DNA of 64,000 nucleotides, from positions 18,724,001 to 18,788,000 of the forward strand of contig OX597817.1 of NCBI GenBank assembly GCA_951406725.2, written 5' to 3'. The translations under genes were made by a program, and so were the position numbers. This DNA comes from Octopus vulgaris. Its lineage: Eukaryota. Under the pieces are notes generated by a model. It was not told the origin of the DNA. It ran no database searches and saw only the letters and a list, made by a program, of their open reading frames with translations. This document shows positions 25,952-38,569 of the stretch, in pieces. Position 1 is the stretch's first letter, and the number at the start of each line of letters is the position of its first letter.

Positions 25952-25961
<10 letters not shown>
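24989..25961 (+). repeat. Inverted copy of the PLE 3' pseudo-LTR joined to the truncated 5' end
   Basis: Reverse complement of 20670-21640. Confidence 0.95.
25872..25917 (+). ncRNA. Minimal type-I hammerhead ribozyme, U3-A8 variant (second copy)
   Basis: Identical to the 20715-20760 motif; AATAAA overlaps and follows stem I. Confidence 0.7.
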
Positions 25962-25997
<36 letters not shown>

Positions 25998-26012
25998 AGA
26001 TGCATACATATG

Positions 26013-26053
<41 letters not shown>

Positions 26054-26816
26054 CGGGAGACAGAGACACGCACACGGTATGACAGAGAGAACATAACATA
26101 TATATGATTGATTGTATTATACTATAATATCTATATGCATAACTATGTGTATTAAACAAACTTACACAGCCTTATCTGCCATCTTGGATCTTCTGGATAC
26201 CAATATCTCTCATATCATTGCTTCCCTGCTAATACAAAAACTTATTGCAAGTAATGCCTATATAATGGATAGACAATTCTTTGGCATCTCTCTTAAGGAC
26301 ATAACTATTCCTCTTTATAAATGTCCTACAAAATTCCATACAACCTTGGTTTTCTTGTCTCATTTTCTTTAACACACGCACACACGCACGCACACATATT
26401 ACATATCTTATTCATATACAATACACATGCATGCGCAAAAGCACACACACACAAACACACTCATACAGACACAAGCAAATATGATGTATTCTTCGAGTGG
26501 GATTGACTACTTACGACGGCCCAGTGAAAAAGGGAAAATAGAATTTAGAAAACCTGATGAACAGTAATTAGAGAAATGAAAAGAACTTGATAAATTAGAA
26601 ATAACCCTCCAGCAATATCATTTCTCAAGTACAGTTCGTTCTGATTTTAGTGCAACTCAAATTTGGACATACATACATACATACATACATACATACATAC
26701 ATACATACATACATGCATACATACACACACACACACATACATACATACATACATACATACATACATACATACATACATACATACATACATACATACATAC
26801 ATACGTATACACGTAG

Positions 26817-27035
26817 GTTCAAGCTTTCTTGCCAATACAGAAAGTGCCGGTTTCTAACATAGATCCAAAGATCCTTCATTGGAACTTCAACAACATTAAC
26901 AAGGATATGTATGTATGTATGCATGCATGTCATTATACAGTTTTATTTCAAGATTTCTTTCAGATAATGAAAGAGCCGGTTTCTAACCTAGATTCAAGGC
27001 TCTCCTCCGTTGGAATTTCTACAATAACAGCAGGG
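26817..27035 (-). repeat. Two diverged tandem ~90-bp units with decayed hammerhead-like cores, in (CATA)n/(TATG)n
   Basis: Minus strand: CCAATGAAGG..TTAGAAACCGGC and CCAACGGAGGAGAGCCTTGAATCTAGGTTAGAAACCGGC. Confidence 0.5.
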
Positions 27036-27499
27036 CTCTTTTGTATGTATCTATGCATGTATGTATGTATGTATGTATGTATGTATGTGTGTATGTATGT
27101 GCGTATGTCTGTATCTTGGCAACCAGCGTAGGTTGTTTACGCCCCTATAAGTTAGCAGTTAGGGAAAAGAGACCGGGTTTCGATTCCTTCGGCTAAACAT
27201 TTCAGATGATGCTCTTGCATGGTCACAGTCTAATGACTGAAAAAAGAAGAAGATAAGACTTAGTGGTTTGCTACTGAATAGGCAGTAGAAAAAATTGTTT
27301 TATGTAGAGTAAATTTTTATAAGGATGACGCCTATCTCACTTCCAACTTGTCTAAACCAAACCTGTTTGGCCGGAAGGCACAATAGAATCTGTTTGAATG
27401 TCGCTAACTGCTAGACCACGTAGTGGTCTTATATAATTCACATTTTCGTTTTTTGCCTTTAGGGTTGGGAAGAAGTTTAATTTTCGATATCTTAATAAA

Positions 27500-27700
27500 G
27501 TTAGTTACTAACCTTCTTTCTATGTTCTACAAATGTTGCTTGTTGGCGTAGTTGCTTCGAGTAAAATGATTTAATTCTGGATGAAGATCGTCCCAATATG
27601 ATTTCAATCATTTCATATAGCCAACAGCGGGGTTTTGTTTCGCTTTGTCGTTGCAGTTAAATTGCTCATTATTCAATTCATAACTCCAAGAGAAATGAGT
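27500..27700 (-). pseudogene. Possible N-terminal remnant of an R4/Dong-like non-LTR ORF
   Basis: Manual translation VGYMK*LKSYWDDLHPELNHFT / KQLRQQATFV. Confidence 0.4.
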
Positions 27701-28169
27701 TTTGTAGCTACAGTTTCTCCTATAACTACAGCTAGAAAGAATCTGTTTACAAGCCAAGTTGTTTGTAGTAACCCTCTACATGCTAAATTCAAGTTTCAGT
27801 CGAAAATCACTACGATTGGGAATAAAAAACAAAAGGCTCCCTCAGTTAATTCATCTATTATTAACAAGGCTCATAGTTATGGATCCAAAGCTGGAAATAG
27901 TATTCATCGTATTTTCGATAAATAGTCTCCCACGCGATATACGCGATTTGTTGGTTCGAATTAATATGTATGTATTCTGATATATGCATATACTTACTTA
28001 CCTAGACATGCTCATATCTACTTAAATGATAAGCCTCTCGAAAGTTTTACAGATTTTTACAGTTCCAATGAGGGCTTGGTTGTGTAGTCTTCGAATCACC
28101 TTCTTCCGGTCTGGTTTTGAGAAGCATAATGTCTCAAGACTGGAATTTAGGAAATATGTTACCTATCGC

Positions 28170-28200
<31 letters not shown>

Positions 28201-28264
28201 TGTATGTATGTATGTATGTATGTATGTATGTATGTATGTATGTATATATATATATATGTATATA

Positions 28265-28320
<56 letters not shown>

Positions 28321-28858
28321 CACTCTGAAAATAAGAAGGGTAGAAAAGTAAGAAAAACGTTCATACCGGTGGTTACCATGCGTAATAAAGTCAATAGACA
28401 ACACATATTCATATATGACAGTGTATAAACAATTTACGTATTTATACACGAAAGTGGCGACTATTGACAGGACACTTCACATGCTAGAAAGGGCAGTTAA
28501 AGCGAAAACAACGAATAAGAGCAATTTCAACGGGGAATGAAAATAAAATAAAATATTCTTGTAGTTACCTTCTGACTCGAGTTTCTGTATGATTGTGCAA
28601 AATGAATTAATTTGCCTTCCGTACTTCTTCAGCGAGTATGCTAAAAATTAATGCATATTTATGCAGCAAATAACACCGAAAATACACGAGCTGTATACTT
28701 ATATACTTATATATTACAATTTTCAAATCCACCGCGCCAGCGCAGTTACATTCCGCAGCAAATAATAATAAAAAAAATTAAAACTGCGTACCAGAAAGGC
28801 TTTAAAACAATGAAAATTTTACTGTGAAAATAATAAAGATAGAATATATATATATATA

Positions 28859-29029
28859 GGCGCAGGAGTGGCTGCGTGGTAAGTAGCTTGCTAACCAGCC
28901 ACATGGTTCCGGGTTCAGTCCCATTGCGTGGCATCTTGGGCAAGTGTCTTCCGCTATAGCCCCAGGCCGACCACTGCCTTGTGAGTGGATTTGGTAGACG
29001 GAAACTGAAAGAAGCCTGTCGGATATATG

Positions 29030-29073
<44 letters not shown>

Positions 29074-29308
29074 AGTGTGTGTGTGTGTGTTTGTGTGTCT
29101 GTGTTTGTCCCCCTAGCTTTGCTTGACAACCGATGCTGGTGTGTTTAGGTCGCCGTAACTTAGCGGTTCGGCAAAAGAGGCCGATATAATAAGTACTGGG
29201 CTTACAAAGAACAAGTCCCGGGGTCGATTTGCTCGACTAAGAGGCGGTGCTCCAGCATGGCCGCAGTCAAATGACTGAAACAAGTAAAAGAGAAAAGAGT
29301 AAAGAGAG
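28859..29308 (+). mobile_element. tRNA-derived SINE, main family
   Basis: GGCGCAGGAGTGGCTGCGTGG..GGTTCAGTCCC..GACTGAAACAAGTAAAAGAG. Confidence 0.9.
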
Positions 29309-29309
29309 T

Positions 29310-29600
29310 TACAAGTGCGCTCCACACAATAATCAAAGGGTTTGCAGTCTGGGAAGTGATATACTCGCAGAAATTGTCTGACGGCCATAACCGTATGGCA
29401 TGGTGCAGGGTCCTGTAGTATGGCATGGTGTGGGGTGTTGTGTGCAAGGATAGGGTCTTCCGGCAGCTACTGTTTTGACACAGGGCAGCCCTACCTTCTT
29501 CAGGCACTTGATTTAGGCTTCCGTGTTGAGTCTGAGGCCATGTGGATAGATGAATGGAGGCATAACGACGCCATGCTGAGTGACTTGCGTCATAGTGGTG
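29310..29600 (-). pseudogene. Tc1/mariner-superfamily (maT/DD37D-like) transposase fragment
   Basis: Manual translation GVVMPPFIYPHGLRLNTEA, AAGRPY, QDPAPCHT, PDCKPFDY; related to the 51480-52285 remnant. Confidence 0.65.
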
Positions 29601-29736
29601 TGTTTCTCACAGAGGTGACCAACTGACCCTACTATGCAGTATCATTGGCAAAATCAAAAACTACCAATGCACAGACGCAAGATGAAAAATATAAAATGGC
29701 GACAATTTACTCATCGCAGCCAGTATATATATATAT

Positions 29737-30100
29737 TACTCTTTTACTCTTTTACTTGTTTCAGTCATTTGACTGCGGCCATGCTGGAGCACCGCCTTTA
29801 GTACTTATTCTATCGGTCTCTTTTTGCCGAACCGCTAAGTTACGGGGACGTAGACACACCAGCATCGGTTGTCAAGCAATGCTAGGGGGACAAACACATA
29901 CACACAAACACATACACACACATATATATATATACATATATACGACAGGCTTCTTTCAGTTTCCGTCTACCAAATCCACTCACAAGGCATTGGTCGGCCC
30001 GGGGCTATAGCAGAAGACACTTGCCCAAGATGCCACGCAGTGGGACTGAACCCGGAACCATGTGGTTGGTTAGCAAGCTACTTACCACACAGCCACTCCT
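29737..30100 (-). mobile_element. tRNA-derived SINE, main family (internal deletion in the tail)
   Basis: Aligns to the 17487 copy but lacks the CGAGCAAATCGACCCC block. Confidence 0.9.
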
Positions 30101-30243
30101 ATATATATATATGTATGTATGCATGTATATTTATATATATATACATATACGTACATATATATGTATATACACACATATATGCTTATATACGTACATATAT
30201 GATACACACACACGCACACACATATATATATATATATGCATAT

Positions 30244-30300
<57 letters not shown>

Positions 30301-30665
30301 TATTCATATTCATATAATATACATATACACACACGCACATACACGTACGTACACAGATATAAACTGAAGTGTAATGGCAGTTATTGAAATTTCGCAGACA
30401 GTTATATTCAATTTTGTCTAAACATTAAGAAGTATTAAGTCGCATCTTTGCGACCTCGTCATTAATACTATTTTCCTATCTTTGCAGATGCAGCTGCATT
30501 TTTAAATCCCGGCTTAATAGTTTGAAAGCATATTGCGGTTAATAAATCATTTCAAAATTTTAAACAATCATCTATTTGCTGGGTTCATTATCAATGCCTC
30601 CTACCCTCACTTCTCTACTTCCTACCACTTTACTTCACCCTCCCCCTACTCCTCCTCCTCTATGA

Positions 30666-30719
<54 letters not shown>

Positions 30720-32195
30720 GCTACTACCGCTAGCTTATTTTACATTTTGGAATTTCAGCCAGTAAAGTTTAAATCCTGTTAACTCAAGTTATAACATTGA
30801 AAAAGATAAAAGCCGAAAAGTCAATATGATGTTGATGAAAATTTAATTTTGAAATGATATAAGCGAATTTCCAATGACAGAAACCTTACAATGTCTTGTG
30901 ATGTGGTTAGAATTATTAAATTGGATTTGTTAATAATACAATCTATTGAGTTGTGGATTCAAAGCATAGCTGTTTTCATTTCCATTATTTGCTCAAAATT
31001 CTGATAAACACTATCGCAAAGAATCGAACTTTTAGTTAATGGAAGCGATAAATGTAGTTTATAACGTTGCTATTAATAATGAAATGAGGTATGCTTAGTG
31101 TTGAAATTTTCAGAACAAGTGTTTGAGTCTTATTTGAATGCACATACCAGCATATTGCTTCAGTTGCACAAAGGCTTTAGAATGATAGCACTTCGTATAT
31201 ATCTATTGATATTCCATATTTCCCTCAATTCATTTCCAGCACACAATTATATCTCTTTTTGGGATAAATTCCACGTAATAATTTTTTTTTTTTCACATTC
31301 ACCATCTGTAACAAAATAATACGACTATCTTAATGCCAGGCGAAATAACAGCTTATTCTTTACCATGACAAATGTCATTCTCGAAAGATATGTGAAATTC
31401 AAATATAAATATTGCAGTAGAAAAAATAGCGTTGATTTATATCAGAAGGGAAAAATGTCAAGTTTCTTGGATTAAAAAACCCAACAAGAACAAAACCAAA
31501 AAAACATGGTTCTAAGAAATATATTTAAACAGTGAATTGGAATGATCAAAATTTTCTGCATTAACTGCAGAAAACTTTCTTTACCAATCTACTCCGTGTA
31601 CGAATATCGTAAATTGCTCTGAAGTAAAATATCTATTTCATTATATTGCAACTACCATACCAGTCTAGATCTGGATATATTTAGGCTGCCCTCTAAAGAA
31701 ATAACTATGGTATGAATTCAATATTCTCCTTGGTAATTTAATTAATTATGAACACAGAGTATATAATATTGTCCTATTCCTACAATAAAAAAAAGAACTT
31801 TATGAAGTAATTCTTCTCTTTATATTTATATGTGTAAGCTATTGAGGTCAAATTCTCTGGAAGATTTTGGTGTTTCAATCTATCGGTGTTGAAGCTAATG
31901 CAAAGACACTTGAACGAAATCTATCGATTTTTCCTCTCTGTTTCAGGACAAAGTGAAATCTATTTTCGTATCGATTCTTGTTTTCTTTTATATTTGGAAT
32001 TCACATACGTAAGTTAAAGAATATACTGTTACCGAATATCGTCAAAGGCATATTTGTTTTATATTCATAAGAAATATGATGCCATGGTCTTATTTGGAAT
32101 AATATATATCAGACCTAATCAGGAGATAACACGTTTGGAAATGAGATAGACTGGATTGTTAAGGTAACAATTCTTTCTCTTAATTCTGTTTGAAA

Positions 32196-32208
32196 TCATC
32201 ATCATCAT

Positions 32209-32284
<76 letters not shown>

Positions 32285-32300
32285 GCTGATGCTGCTGCTG

Positions 32301-32366
<66 letters not shown>

Positions 32367-32389
32367 TTGCTACTATTGCTGTTGTTGTT
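32196..32389. repeat. Compound (CAT)/(CTA)/(CTG) trinucleotide microsatellite
   Basis: Directly visible; explains the poly-Ser and poly-Leu ORFs. Confidence 0.95.
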
Positions 32390-32613
32390 AAGCAACAAGA
32401 CGGGTAAGGGTGATTAGATGATGGTCGAGGGCTTAGGGGCGGGGGTTCTCAGAACTTGGAAAAAAAATTTGGTCGTCTTGTTGTAGTCGAGGGGTCTTTG
32501 TTAACGCCCGACACCACTGGGAGGTGGCCATCGAAGTCTCTGGAAATGGAGATCTCCAGGTCCAAATTCTTGAACGGATGCTGCTGCTGCTACCATCATT
32601 ACCATTGTTATTA

Positions 32614-33030
32614 AGGCGGCGAGATGGTAGAATCTTTAGCGCGTCAGGTGAAACGCTTGCGGTATTTCTTCCAGCTGTTTAGTTCTAAGTCAAATGTTAC
32701 AAAGATCAATGTTGCCTTTTATCATTTCGGTATCATTAAAATAAATACCAATCAAGTACTGGGCGACAATGCAATCGACTCGCCCTTCTAGTGAAAAGTG
32801 CTGGCGTTGTGTCAAATTTAGAAAAAAAATTTATTGGCTTCAAATTTTGACACAACGCCAGCAATTGCGGGTGATCACATCGACCCAAGTTCACAACTGG
32901 TACTTATTTTATCGACCCCGAAATATGAATTACAATATCCGCCTGGCAGAATTTGAATTTAGAACGTAAAGACGGACGAAATGCTGCTAGTCATTTGTCC
33001 GGCATCCTAACAATTCTACCAGCTTACAGC
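32614..33030. mobile_element. Two decayed copies of a third SINE family in tail-to-tail orientation
   Basis: Plus-strand head AAGGCGGCGAGATGGTAGAATC.. and minus-strand head ..GCTGGTAGAATTGTTAGGATGCCGG; both contain TAAAATAA(A/G)TACCA. A head fragment also occurs at ~18668. Confidence 0.6.
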
Positions 33031-33939
33031 TTAAGGAAAATTATTATCAGCATTATTATTAGCATTATCATCGTTCTGTGTAGGATGTGCATCGCGTCGG
33101 TTCGTAAGAGTCTATTGATTTTGTTGGAAATACATTATTTTGTTAAAACTGTGGGGGACACTTTGTTAAATAATAACCCCTGAAAGAGTGGATAGTAAGT
33201 ATGGACCCTGAATGATACGTCTATCATAGCAAAAATTTAATCATGTATATTTTCATGTTTAAAATTATGGTGACACCAAAACACACGCCCATCAAACGAT
33301 GAAGTGGCAAGAATGAAATACTTCCTCTGACTACGACACTATTTAGTGGCGATTTCTGTAATCTCTAACCATCTTGACTATGGCCTGTAGCAGTGACTAC
33401 CGAAGAAAAAAAGACGAATGCGCATACAACAAGAATTACCACAGTAGCTATAAAAAAGCAAAAGAACACAAAAGAGCAGGAGCAGCGATAACAAGAAAAA
33501 GCACAGCAATGATGTAAGCTCCAGGAACAACAACATCAGTAGCAGCAGAAGGAACAATGACATGTCAAACAAAGAAACTCTTAGAAAAGTTATCATTGCC
33601 ACCACCACCGCCACCACAATAGAAAGAAACTGGAGTAACAGACAAAACCACAAGAATTAATAACGTCAGTAGTAACTACGACAGTAACAGCAGTAGCAAG
33701 AGCAACGTCAAACGCAACAACTTCGGTGAAACAAAAACTATTAGTGACATCTACAGCAACGATAGCAAGGTATTTGTCGCAGGAATACTCTCTACGATGT
33801 AAATGTACAATCTACCCTTTGCTGATAAACGGGCAAAATTACAACATGCCGCTCGATGTACGAAAATTAAAGGGAGAAAAGTAAAGTTTATATCCTCTTC
33901 TGATACTCCAACCACAACTTCTTGAGCGACTGATATATA

Positions 33940-36900
33940 TCATGATAGATGGTCCATCGGTATCCGATTATGACAAAGTCGGTGTTCTCAGCAATGAGAG
34001 TACATGTGGCTCCGCAGTCCGAAGCTGGAAGCACACAGGCGCTCATAGATATCACAACGGCAGTCTGTCGACTGGAATGAGGCTGAAGTACTATTTAAGA
34101 CTGAAACCTAATATCCGAACGAGAAACCTAATATCCTAACTAAAGATGAGGAAACAAATGGGAGAGAAGGGTTTACGAATCCAAGATGGACAGATAATCA
34201 AGTCCTACCTCTGGTCCCATGCTGTAGTGCTGACAGGGAAAGTGATGTGAGGGCAGATCGAAGTGAAGTTGATACCCCCGTCAACGATGCTATCTCTGAT
34301 ACCCCTTATTCTGCTTGTTCCCCAACTCCCGCCCCTCAGACTTCACAGCTCAGCATCGTCTACACCAACTCGTGCTCCTTATTCCCAAAGTTCAGTTAAC
34401 TATTTACACTGGCCATACGTGACTCCTGATGTGATAGCTATCACCGAGACTTGGCTGACTCCAGCAGTAAAGGACTCAGAAATCCACCTGCAGGGCTACG
34501 TCCTTTTCAGATGTGACAGAGGAAAAAGGCAAGGTGGAGGTGTTGCTGTGTATGTTAAGTCTGAGCACAAACCGTCCAGCGGTATTCTACCCACTAATGC
34601 TCAACCTACAACAAAATTCGATGCCGTCTATTGCAAGCTGAGCCTATCTGAGTTTTGCCTGCCCGTGTTGGCTGTCTACAGACCGCCTCTTGCCGACCCC
34701 CCGGACGATGCTCATCTACTCGAAGCGATAAGATTCGTTTCAGCTTCGCATGACTGTTTGGTACTAGGAGACTTCAACGCTCCCACGATCGATTGGCCCG
34801 CATCAATTTGTACAACATATTCTCGTTTCGGCCAGGCCCTTCTTGACGTGGCTGAAGATTGTTTTCTATCGCAACATGTTGAATATCCGACAAGGCATCG
34901 GTCTGGGCAGCAGCCATCTATACTAGATCTGGTATTCTCCCGCTATCCAAGATCAGTGTCAGACGTATCTGTGTGCGCCCCTCTTGCCAAGAGTGATCAT
35001 GCGGTCCTGAAGTTCGTCATGCACACAACTTTTTCTACGCCCACGACTACTTCGCTGCCACGTAGAGTCTTCTCTGCAATTAATCTCGAAATGCTAACCG
35101 AGGCTTCCGCGCTTCTGGACTGGCGATCCCTGATGACGTTGTCCTCTGTTGACGAACTATGGTCATCCCTCAAAGCATGTGTAATCTGTTTGACTGACCA
35201 GGCAGTTCCCGTTGGGCTTCCCAAGAAGAAGAAACACAAGCCCTGGGTGACGAAGAAGGTTAAACGTGAACATCGACTCAGAGATATTGCTTGGGCTGAA
35301 TTCAAAAATCTGGATTCGACTGCAGCTTTTGAGGTGTACAAAACTCAACGAGACCGAGCCGTGAAAATTGAAAAGAAAGAACGCTTCAGTTATGAATACA
35401 AAATCGCGGCAAATGCCAGTAGCAATCCAAAAACCTTCTTTGCCCATGTCCAGCGGAATTCCCGCTTGAACAACCAGATTGCAACGTTGGTAGACTCAAC
35501 AGGTGTATCGATTGAGGACCCTTATCAACTGAGTTAATTATTTGCCGAGGCTTTTTCAACTATTTTCAAACAAGATGATGGTCGTAAACCCCCTCCATTT
35601 GATAGATCAGTACCTCCAATGCTTCGATTGGTCATCACGCGGGACGAAGTGAAACGTGTTATTCAAGGCCTCGATGTCAACAAGGGTCACGGCCCTGACG
35701 GCATACACCCACGGGTTATCAAAGCGTTGGCTCCGGTCATCTGCGAGCCCTTAACACGACTATTCAATATGTCATTGGTGACGGGTGTTATACCTGCAGA
35801 CTGGAGAACAGCGATAATCTGCCCAATTTTCAAGAAAGGGAGCCGCGAAGACCCGCTTAACTACCGACCGGTTTCCCTTAAATCAATAATCAGCAAGATG
35901 TTCGAAACCATCCTTAAGAAAAGTATGATGCTCCACCTCCTAAACACAGCCTCTATCTCTGATTCCCAACACGGCTTCGTGCCGAAGAGATCATGCTTGA
36001 CCAACTTACTAGTAATGGAAGAATTGGTGACGCGCATCCTCGATGATAGTGATGCTGTTGACATCGTTTTATTGGACTTTGCCAAAGCTTTTGACTCGGT
36101 AAACCACCGCCTATTACTTGTCAAGCTTCAAGCATATAGTTTCCATCCCGATATTATACGATGGGTTGGTGCCTTCCTCTCAGATCGCTCCTTCCAAGTC
36201 CAAGTTAATGGTTCGCGGTCCGACGTCTCCAGTGCGAGCAGTGGCGTGCCTCAAGGTTCAGTGCTTGGGCCCTTGTTGTTCTTAGTCTTCATAAATGACT
36301 TGCCCGACGACCTCACGCAACACACCCTTCTATTTGCCGACGATATCAAACTGGTCGCTCCTCGCAGTAATATAGAGGATCTTCGTCGATGCCTCCACCA
36401 AATTTGGAAGTGGTCTAACGATTGGGACCTGTGTCTGAACGTGTCATCTGCCTGTCGGCTCTACTCCTGCAACTCAACTTGATTTCGAGCCGGGTCGTCT
36501 GCTGCTGGAGAGGACCGATCAGGTAAAGGACCTGGGTATCTTGGTGGATTCCTCCTTTTCGCCTTCGGCCCAGTGCGTCCATGCTGCCAACAAAGCACGC
36601 GGAATTCTGTTCTTGATTCGACGGTCATTCGGAATGCTCACAGCAGCCATATTCCTACCACTCTATGTCACGCTGGTGATACCCATACTGGAGTATGGGA
36701 TTCAAGCCTCTTCTCCTTATCTCCTCAAAGACATACAGCATCTCGAAAGAGTCCAGAAGCTGGCTACCCGCATGGTTCATGGTCTCAAAAATTTGTCCTA
36801 CGAAGAAAGGCTGAGGACGCTCGACCTTTATTCTCTTGAAAAACGCCGCCGCCGTGGTGATCTCATTCTCGCCCACAACATCATAAGCGGAAAATGTAAC

Positions 36901-37210
36901 CTCTCGAAAGAGCTGTTCTTCACTCCTGCTCCAGAGCGTCGGCTGCGGGGTCATTCCGAAAAGCTCTACCTGCGACGATTTCATCTCAATCGAAGGAGAG
37001 GAGCTTTCTCCGTCCGGGTTGCGGATCCGTGGAACAAGCTGCCAGACGAGATGGTGAAGATGCCGACGACCGCTTTGTTCAAAGCCTCCCTGGACCTCAA
37101 GTGGCCTGAACTCTTTACATGGACACCACCCTGTACTTAACTCCATGTCCCCCTACATGGCTTTGCTATTTGCTTTTGAGCCAAATTAACTAACTAACTA
37201 ACTAACTAAC
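33940..37210 (+). mobile_element. CR1-group LINE, 5'-truncated within ORF1, with a (TAAC)n tail
   Basis: ORF1 C-terminal remnant (RKQMGEKGLRIQDGQII), ORF2 APE+RT, short 3' UTR and TAACTAACTAAC tail at ~37187-37210. Confidence 0.9.
34340..37140 (+). pseudogene. LINE ORF2 (AP endonuclease + RT), disrupted
   Basis: APE motifs ITETWL, GGGVA, YRPP, GDFN, LDL, SDH; RT motifs GPDGI, YRPVSL, QHGF, DFAKAFD, GVPQGSVLGP, FADD. In-frame stop at 35535-35537; frameshifts near 34400 and 36445. Confidence 0.92.
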
Positions 37211-37464
37211 TTGCAGTGCAGTATTCAATGGTCTCTGTTCCTCGATTATTTGGGGAAAAGGGCGGTAAATGTAACACTACGTAAGTTCCGCCTGCATTGG
37301 ATTTTTGGCGAATCAATAACTATGTAGTTTGTTGAAGGACGGCGAAAGTTTACTTGATGTGAAGAGAACGTGACGGAAGGACTGGTTTGGCGCAACATTA
37401 TAGGACCTTCTCCGTGTAGTGCAATATTATCTGGAAAGGATCTCAGATTCATTTTCTGTTGTGA

Positions 37465-37580
37465 AGACAGACAACGAGAAAATCGACAAGTACCAAGATC
37501 TAGCACTGGAATTGAAACGCATTCACAGAGACTGAAAAGTGCGTTTGATATCTATCATAATAACTGCACTTGGGAACAAC
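37465..37580 (+). pseudogene. R4/Dong-like restriction-like endonuclease C-terminal fragment
   Basis: Manual translation NEKIDKYQDLALELKRI..ISIIITALG. Confidence 0.6.
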
Positions 37581-37660
37581 ACATGTGTTGAGGGAAATTT
37601 TGTGTCTCTATGCTGCGGAAAGGAGCGAAGACGTAACACAGGAAAAGACAGAATAATGGA

Positions 37661-37786
<126 letters not shown>

Positions 37787-37899
37787 AGAAAGGAAAAGAA
37801 AGGATGGAAAAGAACAACACGACCTGAAGGAAAACACGAAAAGAGTATCTACGGCGAGTGAGAAAAATATTGGCTTCAAAGATGAATGCCAATGAACCC

Positions 37900-38130
37900 G
37901 CGTAAACCCGCAATAAACCCGCGTGCAGTCGCAGTAGTTCGGTATGGCGCTAGAATACTGAAGTGGACAGATGAGGAGCTAAAGGAGATGGAGAGGAAGT
38001 CAAGAAAGTTTCTAACGACGTATGCAGCCCATTATCCACGTGCATTCACTGATCACCTTTTCATGAAGTGAGCGAATGAAGGGACTGATAAGTGTGAAAG
38101 ACTGCGTGCGTATGGAACTCGAGATTTTAA
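37900..38130 (+). pseudogene. R4/Dong-like post-RT region fragment
   Basis: AINPRAVAVVRYGARILKWTDEELKEMERKSRK..HYPR..GLISVKDCV. Confidence 0.7.
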
Positions 38131-38569
38131 TGAGAAACTTAGCCCAAAGTAAGGAAACCTTGCAAATGACACTTAGGAACGAGGGAGTATTGAGAGCAAA
38201 GAGAAAGGGGAAAACAAAGGAGGAAGTACAAAACTGGTGTGCACAAAAGCAGGCATAAGTGGACGAAGCAAAGCTGGAAAGAAGTCGCGGTGTAGGCCGA
38301 CGTACCTTGAAATTGTGGATGGAAAAGGCCATATGTCCAATGTTAGGAAATAAACTGATAAACCAAGTGAGAGTGGTTAGGAGGAAGGGATACTTCACTG
38401 GAGTACAAACATCTCGGATTACTGAAAGTCTCAGAGACACTGACGATGGGCTATAAACGATGGTCAGAGTTGAAAACAGAGAAGTAGGAGTTGAAAGCAG
38501 AGAGGAGCGTAGACAGGAGGAACAGGGAAATGGTGATGGGTCTGTTAAGGATGAGGAACAAGAATGTTA

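Larger units (their letters stand above)
20633..25961 (-). mobile_element. Penelope-like retroelement (Neptune-like), 5'-truncated with an inverted terminal duplication, inserted in (TA)n
   Basis: RT+GIY-YIG ORF, ~970-bp inverted arms, an HHR motif in each arm, and (TA)n on both flanks. Confidence 0.95.
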
